DNA of 63,175 nt, filler included, from Lenisia limosa (Eukaryota; Protista; Breviatea), in NCBI GenBank assembly GCA_001655205.1. It is 10 parts of 10 records of this genome, joined end to end, with 100 filler letters (N's around TTAATTAATTAA, not from the genome) between each part and the next. Parts side by side here need not be neighbours in the genome. Positions count along the whole stretch, not along the records: positions 21,494 to 39,135 come from LPNZ01008395.1; positions 39,236 to 41,319 come from LPNZ01011676.1; 8 more parts are not named here. The stretch is one strand, 5' to 3'. Below the pieces are notes generated by a model. The model had not been told where the DNA came from. It saw only the letters and a list, made by a program, of their open reading frames with translations, and did no database searches. The translations under genes were made by a program, and so were the position numbers. Shown here in pieces: positions 26,581-39,869 of this stretch (its first letter is position 1; each line of letters opens with the position of its first letter).

Positions 26581-29500
26581 ATGTCGAAAGCTCCAGCTGA
26601 TGAATATGCGAAAATGCGAACAAGAATTCTTGTGGTCTTCCTAGCCCAGGTAAGTAGGCATCTCCCTGTGCTCCTCTACATGCAAGTAGACATCTCATAG
26701 ATACAATACTTATTTCTGACCAAAGAGTCCAGTTTGTCATTTACCTTGTTCTAATTCCTCTTTTGAGATGAGGGCCTCTGAACTTCAGCACTCTTGATTT
26801 TTAAGGTTCTATTTGTGGTGGTTTCCTGTATTCTCTACCTCAACTGGCTAGTATTCGAACCGATTATTGGACCCTTCTTTTGGGGAGCTCTTGTGAGGTG
26901 AGCGCTGCCTTTTCAGTGTGTGATTGTGTTTTTGAAACACATCCTTTCGACACCTTCTAACGGTGTAGTGTGACATTGCGGCCGACCAAAGACCTGTTTG
27001 CCATGGTGTACCGTGGTTTGTAGGGCTTACTTTGTTGTTTCAGCAGACAGGATAATCGGAAAATTCTTGTAACCATCGTTATTCCTCAGTGATACGTTGA
27101 AGTTTTGTTTTTTGTGGGGTTTTCAGTCGTATTATCTGTTCGTTGAGTCAGCATAGTTGGTAGCAAACCCATTTTCTGCTTGAATATCTCTCATTTTATG
27201 CACTCCTAGGTGACTGGTCTTTTGCCGATTTGCTTTCAATGTCGTGGCTTCTTAATGCGCCTGTTATCAAGGGGCTCATGGCACAATGTGCTGCTAAGGT
27301 GGGTGGATGCGTTGAGAGAGTATCACTGCTGCTTGCTCCGCCTCAGTAAAGAAAATTCTTTTGAGTTATGCATGTCATATCATCATACACACTTAGTATA
27401 TGTACCTAATATGGAGTACATACTATTCAGTGTTTACAAGTCTATCGTTTGTAAAATGGTATCACAAACACTTACTTCTTGAGATGACCAAGCCAAAAGA
27501 AAACGAAGTTTCGATCCAGTCACAAGTCAAGCGGCTTTTCTTCGTTGAAGCTCCCGTATGTTCTGTAAATGTAATTCTCTTACATCAACCCATAGGTTAC
27601 ATGCCAACAAGAGTCAATTGTGACGGATAAGGGAACTACGATTACCACCAACTCCAGGGGCGAGACTATTGTTCGTCTTGATGGAGAGGTTTGCTTGTCA
27701 CAATCAATTCTGCGTATTTCAGTTTTTTGGTCTAACGCCTTAGGAAGATGGAGGACTTTTGCCATTGTATTGGAAAATGCTTGCCCTCTTCGCTGCTGTG
27801 CTTTTTTTCATTCATCACCCGGGCACCCTTACACTTGTGGGATGATGTGTCTTTCTTGTGTCCCTTTAGAGAACATTAATTCCACAATAATATTATCAAG
27901 TATACATCTCCATCAATGTCCTGATCGCTTTTGGTCTCTTAATGGAATTTAGTTCATCATTGCTTGTGGAATGAGGTTCACATACTGGTAAACTGGACAT
28001 AGCTCTATGGATACTGTATAATAAGTCTTGTTTCAAAAGTTCGCTCAGAGTGAAGGAGTCCAATTTAACCTAAACTGCAGGCTACTGAGTCCCATTGTGC
28101 GTTACATTTGCACAATCATCAGGGAGTTTATTGTGACAAAGTTTTGTAGTATTGCGGAGGCCAAACCATTTTTAGGCTTGTGAGTGGTTCACTGTACATA
28201 TTGACATTGTTTTTTTTATTTTTCTTTCCTAATTATCTCATCATCTAGGGTGATCTATTTTCCGTTCCAAGTAGGCAGATCTGGCATTTCTTCATTGCAG
28301 TGATATGATACAATGTGATAATTTCTGGCAGTTTATGTCATACTCGGGATGAACCTTCGTATTATCTTAGTTCATCATCGACTTGAGAATCGTTCATATA
28401 TACGTACATACTGATCACTGTGGTTATGTACAGTATATCAACTAAATCCTTAGGCATGCATGGTCGTTCTTAGCTGGGTATGGAGTGCCTTAGTATTCAT
28501 GTATTTGACTAGTACCAGCCTAGTCCGCAACAAGGCTGAAAACCTTGCTGCAATGANNNNNNNNNNNNNNNNNNNNNNNNNNNNNNNNNNNNNNNNNNNN
28601 NNNNNNNNNNNNNNNNNNNNNNNNNNNNNNNNNNNNNNNNNNNNNNNNNNNNNNNNNNNNNNNNNNNNNNNNNNNNNNNNNNNNNNNNNNNNNNNNNNNN
28701 NCGAACCTTGTTTCGTTTTACTATTGTAGCTTTGGTGCTTGGAGGAGTGTTTCTGATATGTTCTGGTACAGTAATAGTGGCGGTGAAGTCGGTACAGGAG
28801 TCAACGGCTGTTGTTAACGACGGCCTTATCAACAACCCTGTAGGTTTTGTCTTATTATCTCAGGGGCATTTAAGTTTTATTTCTCATTTATACATATCAT
28901 ATCGATATACAATAAATAAGGACTGTTAGACCCTGTGATTATACCGCGTATTGTATTCTTTGTATTTTTGTGGATTTACTTGTTACAGGTTCTAAATAAG
29001 TACCTCGAGGATTCGGGTGTTGTGGTACTTTGGAATGAGTGGGAGGGGGCAAGAGCATATGATGTAAAATAATGCTTCGTAGAACTTTCTATTCACATAT
29101 TTCAGGTTCAATATCACTACCTATATTGAAGAAGGAACAGAATACGTTCAAGAGAACTATCCTGAGTATTACGAGTGAGCTGGGAGGTGGGGACATGTGT
29201 TATGATGGAGGATGTATTTTTTTTTGTGTGAGTTGAAGTTTTTGATGATGTTCTTATGGCAACTAATGTTACAGTGAACTTCAAGCAGCAATTGTTCTGA
29301 TGAATGACGTATCCGATATGATGTCAGCGAGCCCAGAAGATGAAAGTGGGTCGAGGTATTACACCAGTTACTGAGATACAGGGATGCCCTCGCTATCATG
29401 TTGGAGATGTGTTTTAATTAATAGTTTGCTAATGTAATAGTCGAATGCAAAGAACTGGATAACACCCCGTGTAAAGAGGAGTCTGAAACTTGCCACTGTA

Positions 29501-32400
29501 CTGAAATCACTGTTGTTGTGTCGGTCGTGACTACCGAGGAAGCCTGTAATGTTGACAATAATGTGAGCTCTTATTCCATATGAACTGTTACATTCAAACA
29601 AATTGTATTCAAAATATTCATTGAAATGTATGTTTTGTAAGTTGAGGAGCACTTTATTAACCCACAAAGCTGGAGCTCACGAAGCTTCTGCCCCTTTTCA
29701 TGGACGATCCCCTCATTCTCATGGAGGACACTTGTCGAAACTCTGCGTGGCAAGCGATTACTATGAAGGTCCCCTCTTTGAGTACGCTGATCAACCCCCC
29801 CTTTATTGGCATTGCCAATATCTTCTTATTGTTGATTATTTGAACTGTATTCTTTTCTACATTTTTTTTACCTTATAATTTCCTTCAAAACTTGGGTTAC
29901 AAGTTTTTAATAAGTGTCGAAAATTTACACGTCTTCTGGAACTAAAAGTGAACCTCTCCTGAGAGCAAAAGGTTGCCTGATTGATTCAGAGGCCATTCAG
30001 CTGGAGTCATTGACAGATATGTCGGGGTCAGATTTGACACAGATCGCAACAGAAGTGTCTTCGGTTGGTTCCAAGGGGCAATTTGTAGCACCCGTTGTCG
30101 TATGCGGAGTATACATTCTTTTAATTTATCAAATACTAAACCAAATGATATTTTTGTGTAAATATATATTGAGATGAGAAATACTTCAAGGTTGTATTAG
30201 TCTAACGCCAACGTTAAAATTTTGTTGCAGGGGACTTGACCCATTAGGGTTGTTTAATGCTAAAACAACTGTGTAATGATCATAGTTTCTTTCAACGCTT
30301 TTAGAGATATTGGACATATTATTTTATCCAATTATTTGCCTTACAACTCTGTGTACACAGCTTTCTGCGTGCCTGCGCAACATACCTCCAAGAATTAGAT
30401 TCATGAATAAGGACAAAAGCCCCTGCAAAACTTATTTTAATAATATGTTATGACAATAGCTATGAGCTTTCCATATACTACTTGCATTTTGACACTCTAG
30501 GTAATTTTCAACAGTGGCATCTCGCCTATAATCAACGTGATGATGTTTATTGTAAACTCCATTATTGAAGGTGAGTGTGGGGTCAAAATCTTCGCTTGTC
30601 TTAAACTAATGATTATTCCCGGTGTATGTCCGATACCTAGATCCGGATTAAAGCGAGATGTGCATCGAGCTTTTTTGGGTTTGAGTCTTGTACAAGTTCA
30701 TTTAAAAAAAAAAAAAAAGAAGAAGGAATAAGAAGAAGTGATCTCTCCTTTTTCCATTTTGGGTGATCTCAAACAATTTCCTGACATCTATCCTTTGCTC
30801 TCTGAATTGAAAGATACAATCATTGAAGAGAAAGCGATCGCATTGAGTATCGAGAAACAGGTATTTGCCCCTTCAAAGGAAGAAAATATCCAAATCCATC
30901 CAATCATGGCTTTCTCTGAAACAGAGGGTCGTCGTACTCTGTCAAACCTTCCTTCCCGTTTTATTTTACGGGGGGAGGGGGTAGAGCGGTTGTAGCATTA
31001 TCACTAAACGGTGCACATCTCGCTTTAAACTGAAAAATGCACATCATACCTTAAGGCTTCAAATGCTATTTTAACTCCCAGGCGGACTCGCGGTGAAGGA
31101 GAGCATCATTTGGTTCCTCTTCTTCCTCACCGCCCTCATGTTTGTTTTGGCCTCCAAATCTGACCCTGTCATGCCCATCTTCCAGCTGGTGCCGGCTTCA
31201 GATCGCAATAGGTTGGAATCTTGAGGATGCAAGAAAGTCGCATATCAAAACAAAAACTTGGATACCACATTATTTATTTGGCTTATGAGTTAGGGGTATC
31301 GACTTTCTGGCTGTGCTTCTATTCCCTAATTTTGAATTTCCTCAGCAGAAAAATGACAAACATTAAGGGGAGTAATAATTCAGCCCTATAAGAGTGGAAC
31401 TATGAACCTACACAAATACATTTCATTACTTTCTCAGTATGCTCATATTACTCTAATCCTGACAGGGAGTTGTTGGCGAAGGGCACAACTCGCGCTGTCC
31501 AAGGAGTAGTGGGCATTTCTATTCAGGTGAGTGCCTCTATTATTGTGATGGGCTAAAATTGTACTGTTGGATTTGTAGACAATGAGAAGAGGTGTTCTGT
31601 CACGTTTTTACACCCTAGATGTCAGCATTCTTTGCAGCCTTTACTTTTTGTATCCTTTTGGCTTCTGGAGTTCATCTCGTGTACTTGCCTAGTCTTTTTG
31701 CTGGTTGGTTTGGTATTTGATATTTGGCAAACAGTCAGGAATGAATGATTGGGTCCATCAACAACAAAAAAACAGTACCCATAAACTCTCACACTCAGGA
31801 CTCTTTGGCTTGATTCCGATTTTCCCTGTTCCTTTGGTCGGTCTCCCAGCTATTATTGAACTGGTGGGTGAAAATCACTTTTTGCATTGATATACCGATA
31901 TGTAGGATATAATATAATCTTATTTTTTATTTCTCATTGCAATAATATACTACATTATACTATGATATACTATACTATTACATTAATTGTACTAATGTAC
32001 TTAGTTAGTTCTTGGTGATTACATCTGGGCGGTTGTCGTGTTGGTTAGCTTGATCTGGCTTCAATATGTTGCAGCGCCAGGTATGTTGTATTGACTGGTG
32101 TTATTTTGTATTTGAGGATGAAGGCAGTGATTTATCCCATTAGGTATTTATGCTGAGATCCCGTCGTGTCACCCTACACTCTCAGGTAAACACGATTTAC
32201 GACCCCCCCCCCCNNNNNNNNNNNNNNNNNNNNNNNNNNNNNNNNNNNNNNNNNNNNNNNNNNNACATCTATTTCAAACAATCATTCTTTTAGGATTGAG
32301 TGTTGTTCTAGGACTAACTGCTTTTGGTATTCCCGGCGCTATTCTAGGGCCCATTGTTTTCTGTCTCCCAGTTATGGCGTATGACAATCTAGTCGAGTAG
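26581..32400 (+). CDS. TMEM245: TMEM245 (AI-2E-like) multi-pass membrane protein, apparently complete
   Basis: ATG at 26581 (MSKAPADEY...). Exons include FEPIIGPFFWGALVS, FLFFLTALMFVLASKSD, GLFGLIPIFPVPLVGLPAII, IYAEIPSCHP and FGIPGAILGPIVFCLPVMAYDNLVE* (TAG 32398-32400), matching the TMEM245 C-terminal motifs. Confidence 0.85.
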
Positions 32401-32491
32401 ATTTTTTTTTTTTTGGTTATCTTTTCTTTTTTTGTTAATATTTTAGTCTTGAATGCAAGTTTGTTTCCGTTGATATGTCAATAAAATAAGC

Positions 32492-35400
32492 TCATGAAAA
32501 TAATCTCTTGAGAAATTTGAACCTACCCCATCGACAATCCGTGAGGTCATTCCTTAGAAGGGATCTCCTCCCCCCGCCGGCGCATTGTTTTATGTTTTTT
32601 AACCAATCAGAAGACTCAATGAATTGTACGTCCCAAGTGCTTATAAATAATAGGTACCAACAATTAGTCGGAAATTTCCACATCTGAAATGCTTCCGATA
32701 CTGCTCTCATCATCAGATTCGACAACAGCAGGTTTTTTGGATGGTTCATCGAGGTCACCTGACATGGTTAAGCATTTCAGTTTCACTTTCAACAATCGAA
32801 ATAAACTGTATCAAGGATTTAGCGAATCCAGTTGATGGATTTCCCACCCTGTGTATATTATTCCCCTTCTTACTCATATCACTAAAGCTGACGGAGCCTG
32901 CACCATCACTTTCAGACCCAGCCAGAAGTTCTTCCAGTTCACTGTCAGATCTGGGACTGTTAGCAGTGAAAAAGCGAAGGACCAGCAATTTGCTCATTCA
33001 ATTTACCCACTCGTATGATTTTTTCTTGTCATCCATGTCTTCACTTTTCTTTGTTCCAGCTTCTTCCTTCTTCTTCTCAGCTTCTTCTTCCTTTCTCTTC
33101 TTCTCAGCCTCTTCTTCAATTCTCTTCTTCTCAGCCTCTTCTTCAATTCTCTTCGTCTCAGCTTCTTCTTCCAGTCTCTCCTTCTCAGCTTCTTTTTCAA
33201 GTCTCTTCTTCTCAGCTTCTTTTTCAAGTCTCTTCTTCTCAGCTTCTTCTTCAATTATCTTCTTCTCAGCTTCTTCTTCAATTATCTTCTTCTCAGCTTC
33301 TTCTTCTTTTCGTTTCTTCTCAGCTTTTTCTTCAAGTCTCTTCTTCTCAGCTTCTTCAATTCTCTTCTTTTCAGCTTCTTCAAATCTTTTCGTCCCAGCT
33401 TCTTCTTCAATTCTCTTCTTCTCAGCTTCTTCCTCTTCAGTTTTTTTCTTTTCCGCTTCCTCTACTTTCCTCCTGTTCTCCTTTTCTTTCGCCCTCTCAT
33501 GCTCTGCTTCAACTTGTCTTCTTTCCTCTTCTTCAAGTCGGAGTAGCTCTTCTTCTTCCTCCGGAGACAGATCAATAGAATCATCAAGAGCCAGCGGAAC
33601 CGGTTCTATGAATGTAATTTTTTTTAAAGGATATTTCTGATTTGAGCTAAAAAAATAGTGATGAGAACGAGCATGCTTGTGTTCCCCCACCTCACCGCTG
33701 GCCACCTCTCGTGTCATCACCCCAGCAGGTACAGCGGAGGCTGGCGAAGGAGGGACAAGTCGATCATTTTCTACAGCGTCATAAGTAATTATGGGGGGGG
33801 GGGGGGNNNNNNNNNNNNNNNNNNNNNNNNNNNNNNNNNNNNNNNNNNNNNNNNNNNNNNNNNNNNNNNNNNNNNNNCTCCCGCCCAGATCTCAATTTCC
33901 GTCTCAAGCATCTGGAAGAGGTCCTCACAGTCCATCTGTTGTGTTAGAATCGCTTCTTGGCATATTTCAAAAAATAATCAAAATTTGTTGCTGCATACCA
34001 TCGCATCTGACTCTTCATCATCGTCTCTTGAAGCTCGAGACTTCATGATAATGGAAACAATCTTCTCCTATTGAAAATAAAAAGGGAATAATTCGATCAA
34101 TATCTTTGGAAATAAATACAGTGAATGAATACAATACTCGAGTTTTCTAACCTTAAACAACGTTTCTTTGGCCTCATAATCAGATGAAATGGCACGTTCT
34201 CTTTCTTCACACTCGGCAATAATTTCTTCTTCCTGGATAATAAAAGATAGGGTTTAACGAGCGACCAGCAAGGGAGCAACGCGGTGAGGTTTTCATAATG
34301 CCATGCCAAATCTACGAAAATCAACACCTATTCACCTTCAGCTTTGAAATTTCCTTTTCCTCCTCCAGTGCTGTATTAAGAATAGAAACTGCTAACGTTA
34401 GAGAAAAAAAAGAAGTTGAAGAGCGCAACCCACCTTGTTCGGTAAGTTCTTCCTTCTCCTCCAGAATTGAGAGGTGCTTCTCCTCGTGATCTTCCGATTG
34501 GTTTTTGAGACTGGTGTTTTCTGCAATTATAGTCTACGGTATTAGTGGAAAGGAAAAATAAGAACCATTGCAGAGTATATAAATAAAATAGTAGAATATA
34601 ATATTTACCTTATGACAGACGAATCACATCAAGTGTCAATTATACATAGTACTACATGCACATATGATTATAAAGAAAAAAGACGCGGTTTTAGTAACTC
34701 TGAACGTTAAGTACTGAGGGCAAACCTTGAGAGTAAGCTCAAGTTCTTCGATTTTGCTGGCTGACTCCTTGGATGCACAATTTTCTTTTTGAGATTCTTC
34801 AATCTAAACAATAACACTTGGGGGTTTGGGAAAATTCAGTTAAACGTAGAGAAGCTCAAGGTACAACGCAAAAATAAAAATAAATTACCTGTTCTTGGAG
34901 GCATATGACTTGCTTCTGACTCTCTTGAAGCTCATGCTCGTTATCAACTTTCTCAGTTTGTAGTCTTTCAAGCTCATCACGAACCTTAGATGCTTCATCC
35001 TGGATATTAAGCCACACTCTCACTCCGCAACTAAATAGCTTGAGCAAAACAGCCAACAAAAATAAGTGTAGATAATTTGAACGACCAAGTACTACAACCA
35101 GAAAGGACCATCAATTCCCCCTACCTTGAGTGAAAGAAGCTCAGAGCTGGCCGAATCGAGGTCCTTGGCGGCAGAAGTTTGGAAATTTTCTAACTCCGTT
35201 CTAAGGGCCTTTTGTTCCTCTTCGCTTACATCCTGACAAAGTAAGAAGCCACTAGCGCTTCGATTCGTCCAAAGCAGAATGAAACTTCAATAAAGCTTTG
35301 AATAGTATTTTTGGAAACGAAATGAAGCTCTTTCATATAATAAGTAATTGTTTTACAAAAAGATGGCTTCTTCTGTGTTATTTTCATTATTGTGGATACA

Positions 35401-35526
35401 AAATGTGCAAATAGGACCTCCCGCCCGACTTTTTCTTTTTTCACATTTTCCAGAGCATTTCGGAGGTCCGCAATGGTTCCTTCCAATTCTGTTACCTTTT
35501 TTTCCATTTCAGGGGAGGGCTCCTGG
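32492..35526 (-). CDS. Coiled-coil protein with an E/K-rich single-alpha-helix-like repeat; 5' exons missing
   Basis: Spliced exons EMEKKVTELEGTIADLRNALENVKKEK and ASKVRDELERLQTEKVDNEHELQESQKQVICLQEQ, then a large exon with EEEAEKKRI repeats. No family recognised. Confidence 0.65.
33055..33470 (-). repeat. Coding 27-bp minisatellite (EEEAEKKR[I/L/K]), about 14 imperfect copies
   Basis: Forward-strand unit tctcttcttctcagcttcttcttcaat and variants. Confidence 0.9.
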
Positions 35527-35627
35527 AATGTCAGTGGGGAAACTAAACACTGTTGTAAGGTCATAAAACAATGTTTTAATTCAGTTCCAAAACCCGTAAG
35601 TTGTATGGTTGAAGTTAAACTATTTAC

Positions 35628-38513
35628 TAGAGCTCCCGGCAATTAATAATAAAATATTAATACTCATATATATATCAAAATATTAATATAATTTCTTGAA
35701 TATTAATACGGCAGAAACAGAAAAAACGAAACGGAAACAGAAAAATAATACACATTTAAATTTTTTTTTTCACTCACTACTTGACTCTTCTTCTGACTTT
35801 TACTACTGTTTTTCAACAATGCCACCTGTCATTGAGATAAAGAGGAGAAAAGAACTGAGGTCTCCAGTATTGAGTGTACACTGACTGAGGGAGATCTTTC
35901 CGGGTTTTATTGTTTTGAAAAGGAGCTTAATTTATTTAAACAACGCAAGCAGTCTTCATTAGAGATGTACCACATAAGCTGCGGAAGATGGCTGAAGTAC
36001 CACAACATGCAGAGGTTTGGTGTAAATCAGTTTGACGAAATAATGATACCTTTTAGCATCCATCAACATATGAAAGCTAAGTTCCACCAATCATCTCAAG
36101 ATGCACCCAAAGAACAAACAAGAATCACCTCAAGATCCGCTTAGCAGACCGCGATGCCTTGGAAACTTGCGCTCTTTGATTATATGACTTTAGACTATAC
36201 TATCAAAATCGACAAGTTGCAAATTCTGTGCACCGATATATCATTACAAATGGAACATTTTCGACTGCAGAGAACCCGAATTCCGCGCAATGTTGGAGAC
36301 TACGAGTGATCACAGGTATGTTGTATATCATATCATATATTTAATACATTTGTTTATTGAGGAGAACACTCTTGAGGGCGTTTCTCATTCTACAGAATTA
36401 CGTCCTTCCTTGATGCTGACAGTATTCGAGATCGTCTCATTGGTAGCCATGAATTTGCAGCAAAGGTTTGAAGGGTTGTTTATTGTCTTATTAATTGGAA
36501 CTTACACCAAAAACACCTTTTTGTGCTCGTATATTGATCACTTCGATCAAAATAAAACAGTATCGATTTTGAATTGGGTTGATCAAAGCAGGTTCGAGCC
36601 TCAATTCCATCAGATAACCAGTTTGCTATTATTCATGACATTTGGACGGATGAGAACGGTGCGTCTATCTGGGGATCAAGGCATCCTTCATTAAATGGAG
36701 TGATATTCCTGTTTTCCGTACGACTACTCTGTCAATGGAACCTATCAGTTCTCACAAGGCGGATAAATTGATCCCAGTTGTGGAGGTAGGTAAGGAGATG
36801 TTTATTAACCTTTCAGAAAGTGATGGAAGAGAGTGGCCTTGACAAGGGTATGATTGCTGGTGCAGCTGCAGATGGCGCTAATTCAACAAAATGCTTGAAC
36901 GCAGGACTGCAACTCTTGGAATCAAACAATTCTATTGTGTATCACACTATCAAAAACTACAGTGCCACCAGGTTTGTGTTTGATAACATGCTCCTTATGT
37001 ACTAGATTATCCGGAGTTGGTATCATGATCAGAAGTGTTATTGCTATCTGCCATTGTTGGATTGGGTGATGCAAGATGAAGATAGTCCCCTCTCTAATTA
37101 CGTTCCATTCATCGAGCTCATGGAGTTCGACATGGTTGAGGCACTCAAATCCCTTGTTAAAAAGTTATTACTCCGATTCAGAGGCCCAGGAAGCACTTGG
37201 AAGTGGGAGGGGGTGGGGTCTCTTTCCACTAACTAATTGTCTTCTCTCAAAATTTACAATTGTATCTAGCTTATCAATACTTGTTCCTCTTGAAGTTATT
37301 TTCTTCTGACCATTCTTAGGTGAAAGTGTGCCAACTCTGCCACTTGCCAAGGATTTACAGACTTCGATCTGTGTTCACAACTATTGGAGAAATCGAAGAT
37401 GAATGCCTTGCTCAACAGCAGATGTAGAGGCCGAAAAGGAGGTATTCAAAGAGAGAAAGAAATATGTCCCATGCGAAGAGTAATAACGAAGATACCCACC
37501 ACATTGTCAAGCCAGCGCTCTATGATGTCGATATGGAGCTGGAACCCGACGCCTAGCTCAGTGCTTAGCTCGTGAATTGTGTTTTGCGTTTCCCCTCAAT
37601 CCCTCCTCATTTATCCGTTCACAACTGGATTTGCACATCAAAAACTCAGCGAGGAGGTCCAGGAAGCGGTCTGGAAAGGCTTGAAAGATCACACCCTCAA
37701 GTTCTACGCAGACAAATATTGTGGGTGGTGTTTGACGTTTGATAACTTTATTAGGCCAAGAGATCTACAAAGACTCAGTTTCCGAATGACATCGTGCAAG
37801 AGGAAGAAGACGTCACACTGTCACAAAGTCACCTCTATGATCACCATTTTGAAATGAAGCCCAATGACATTTGTCAAGAACCCAAGACAGTGCCAGAAAG
37901 GGTTGATGAAGAGGTTTGGTATGGATGCGGTATTATTCTTCCTTCTCACTTGTCAAAAATAGTTTGCATATTTAACATCCTAGATCAAGCAGTATCGAGC
38001 GCACTCAGCATTTGCCAGGAACACTCTTCATCTCTCAGAATGATTCATAAAAAATTTGTCAACACACCTCTAATCGCACATGCTATTCGACAGATCTTGT
38101 GTATTCAAATTTTCACACCTCAGGCATCAATTTCTGTTGAAAGGCTTTTCTCGTCAGTAGGAAGAGTGTCAGTGAAGAGAGGAATATCCCCTGAGGTTAT
38201 GGCAAAGGCCATGTTTAGGAGAGAGAACCGCTCTGTTATCTACCCAGCTCTACTTCACTCCCCAACTGAGTTCATCCTTTAATGCCTTTGTCTTTATTCT
38301 TCTTTCTAAATATATTGGTCTCTTCATGAAACACTTTTGATAATACAAATCAACAAACATTTACAAACTGCTAATTGCAAATAACATACATATCATATCT
38401 CATATGATGGAAAAATTCGTTAATATTGTTTAAAACATATTAATAAAAATAGTAATACATATTAATGTAAATATTAATACATATAATATTAATATTAATT
38501 TCCAGGAGCTCTA
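35628..38513 (+). mobile_element. hAT-superfamily DNA transposon, 2886 bp
   Basis: TIRs TAGAGCTCCCGGCAATTAATA (35628) and TAGAGCTCCTGGAAATTAATA (reverse complement ending 38513). Perfect 8-bp TSD CTATTTAC at 35620-35627 and 38514-38521. AT-rich subterminal regions; internal transposase motifs. Confidence 0.93.
35819..38282 (+). pseudogene. hAT transposase, fragmented across frames (degenerate and/or intron-split)
   Basis: AENPEFRAML (~36270), DIWTD (first catalytic Asp, 36637), AAADGANS (second Asp, 36871), SPLSNYVPFI, and dimerisation domain PLIAHAIRQIL...QASISVERLFSSVG...R..SPE (Glu at 38139). Stops and frame changes lie between the blocks. Confidence 0.8.
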
Positions 38514-38865
38514 CTATTTACAAACCTTGACATAGTATAGTATACAATCAACACTACATAACTAATACATAATCATAACATATACTACATACATATGTAT
38601 ATATGTCAGTTCAAAATTCCGGTTTTTTTGCAAGATCCGGTTTTTTTTTAAAATTCANNNNNNNNNNNNNNNNNNNNNNNNNNNNNNNNNNNNNNNNNNN
38701 NNNNNNNNNNNNNNNNNNNNNNNNNNNNNNNNNNNNNNNNNNNNNNNNNNNNNNNNNNNNNNNNNNNNNNNNNNNNNNNNNNNNNNNNNNNNNNNNNNNN
38801 NNNNNNNNNNNNNNNNNNNNNNNNNNNNNNNNNNNNNNNNNNNNNNNNNNNNNNNNNNNNNNNNN

Positions 38866-39100
38866 GCCATTGATCTGGGCCTATTGGACTCAATTGCCCT
38901 TCACAAAACGGTCCGCAGTATTTGGGCAACGCCTGGCGTCCCTGTGGTCGAGAAGCTGGATGGACATATTGTTGTCTGGAAAGAAGCAAAGGAAGACGCG
39001 GACTGCCAAGCTGGAAAAGAAGGACGTTGTGGTTCTTAATCCTGCTGCGATTCATGCCACTGGTGGCGCTCCTGCTATTGAGAAAGCAGACCAGGGTATG
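38866..39100 (+). CDS. Isolated exon of an unidentified gene
   Basis: Open protein-like frame (...LLSGKKQRKTRTAKLEKKDVVVLNPAAIHATGG...) ending at a GTATG donor, bounded by a gap and a linker. Confidence 0.3.
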
Positions 39101-39400
39101 CATTGAATGGTTATATATCTGATTCACTACTATCCNNNNNNNNNNNNNNNNNNNNNNNNNNNNNNNNNNNNNNNNNNNNTTAATTAATTAANNNNNNNNN
39201 NNNNNNNNNNNNNNNNNNNNNNNNNNNNNNNNNNNGCATACGATATCTAGCGTCCAATAATATGGTATTGTAAGGAAAATATTACAGCATATTCGATTAA
39301 TAATAGTATCATATGTTCTCACTTGTCTTTGTGTAGTATGTTAAATAACTGTCATTCACAGTACTCAATCTTTACATTCATAATTTATTCTCTCTCACTT

Positions 39401-39488
39401 GGGCTTTACTTCAATACGAAACAAAGACTGAATTTCTCGATAAATCCTCGAAAACTATATTTGACCGATATTTTTAGAACCGACCTCC
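39401..39488. mobile_element. MITE family 1, degenerate copy
   Basis: GGGCTTTACTTC...GACTGAATTTCTCGATAAATCCTCGAAAACTAT core. Confidence 0.75.
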
Positions 39489-39869
39489 CACAACTTACAT
39501 TTTACGAGGAGTTTCTCAAATAATTATGGCGGCATCTACCCGATACAACCTATTTTTTTTCTCATCTCATCACCCCCCCCCCCCAAGATATTGGCAGTAT
39601 TGTTCTTCAGGCTTTATATATTACAACTATGTAAGGGAACATTTATAATTTCGAACCAATCCGGCTGACTCAAAGGTTAAAAACAACAAAACAACACAAC
39701 GCCCAGGCCAGTCGTGGAGGGGAGGGGACGTGAAGTGCTCATCTTCTCTCAAAGGCAAACAAAAGAGATATTCAAGGATGTGCAAAGGGTTACTTCATTT
39801 AATTGTACCTCCCTACTGGACACACCTGTTTAGAGCTTATCCCCCTTCCCTAATGCCCCAGTCAATGTA

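Noticed and set aside
32741-33640. 299-aa Ser/Phe-rich ORF and other overlapping ORFs (33015-33578, 33003-33254)
   Set aside because: Antisense or alternate-frame shadows of the E/K-rich 27-bp repeat.
33620-33640. U12-type donor-like ATATCCTTT on the minus strand (also ~6165)
   Set aside because: The 33630 match lies inside a normal GT-AG intron, and neither has a matching U12 branch point or AC acceptor.
38615-38657. Repeated CCGGTTTTTTT next to a gap as a second transposon end
   Set aside because: No partner TIR or TSD is visible because of the gap.
21494-39135. Contamination suggested by lower exon GC on some scaffolds
   Set aside because: The same MITE family and the same intron G/C-run signature occur on both GC-richer and AT-richer scaffolds.
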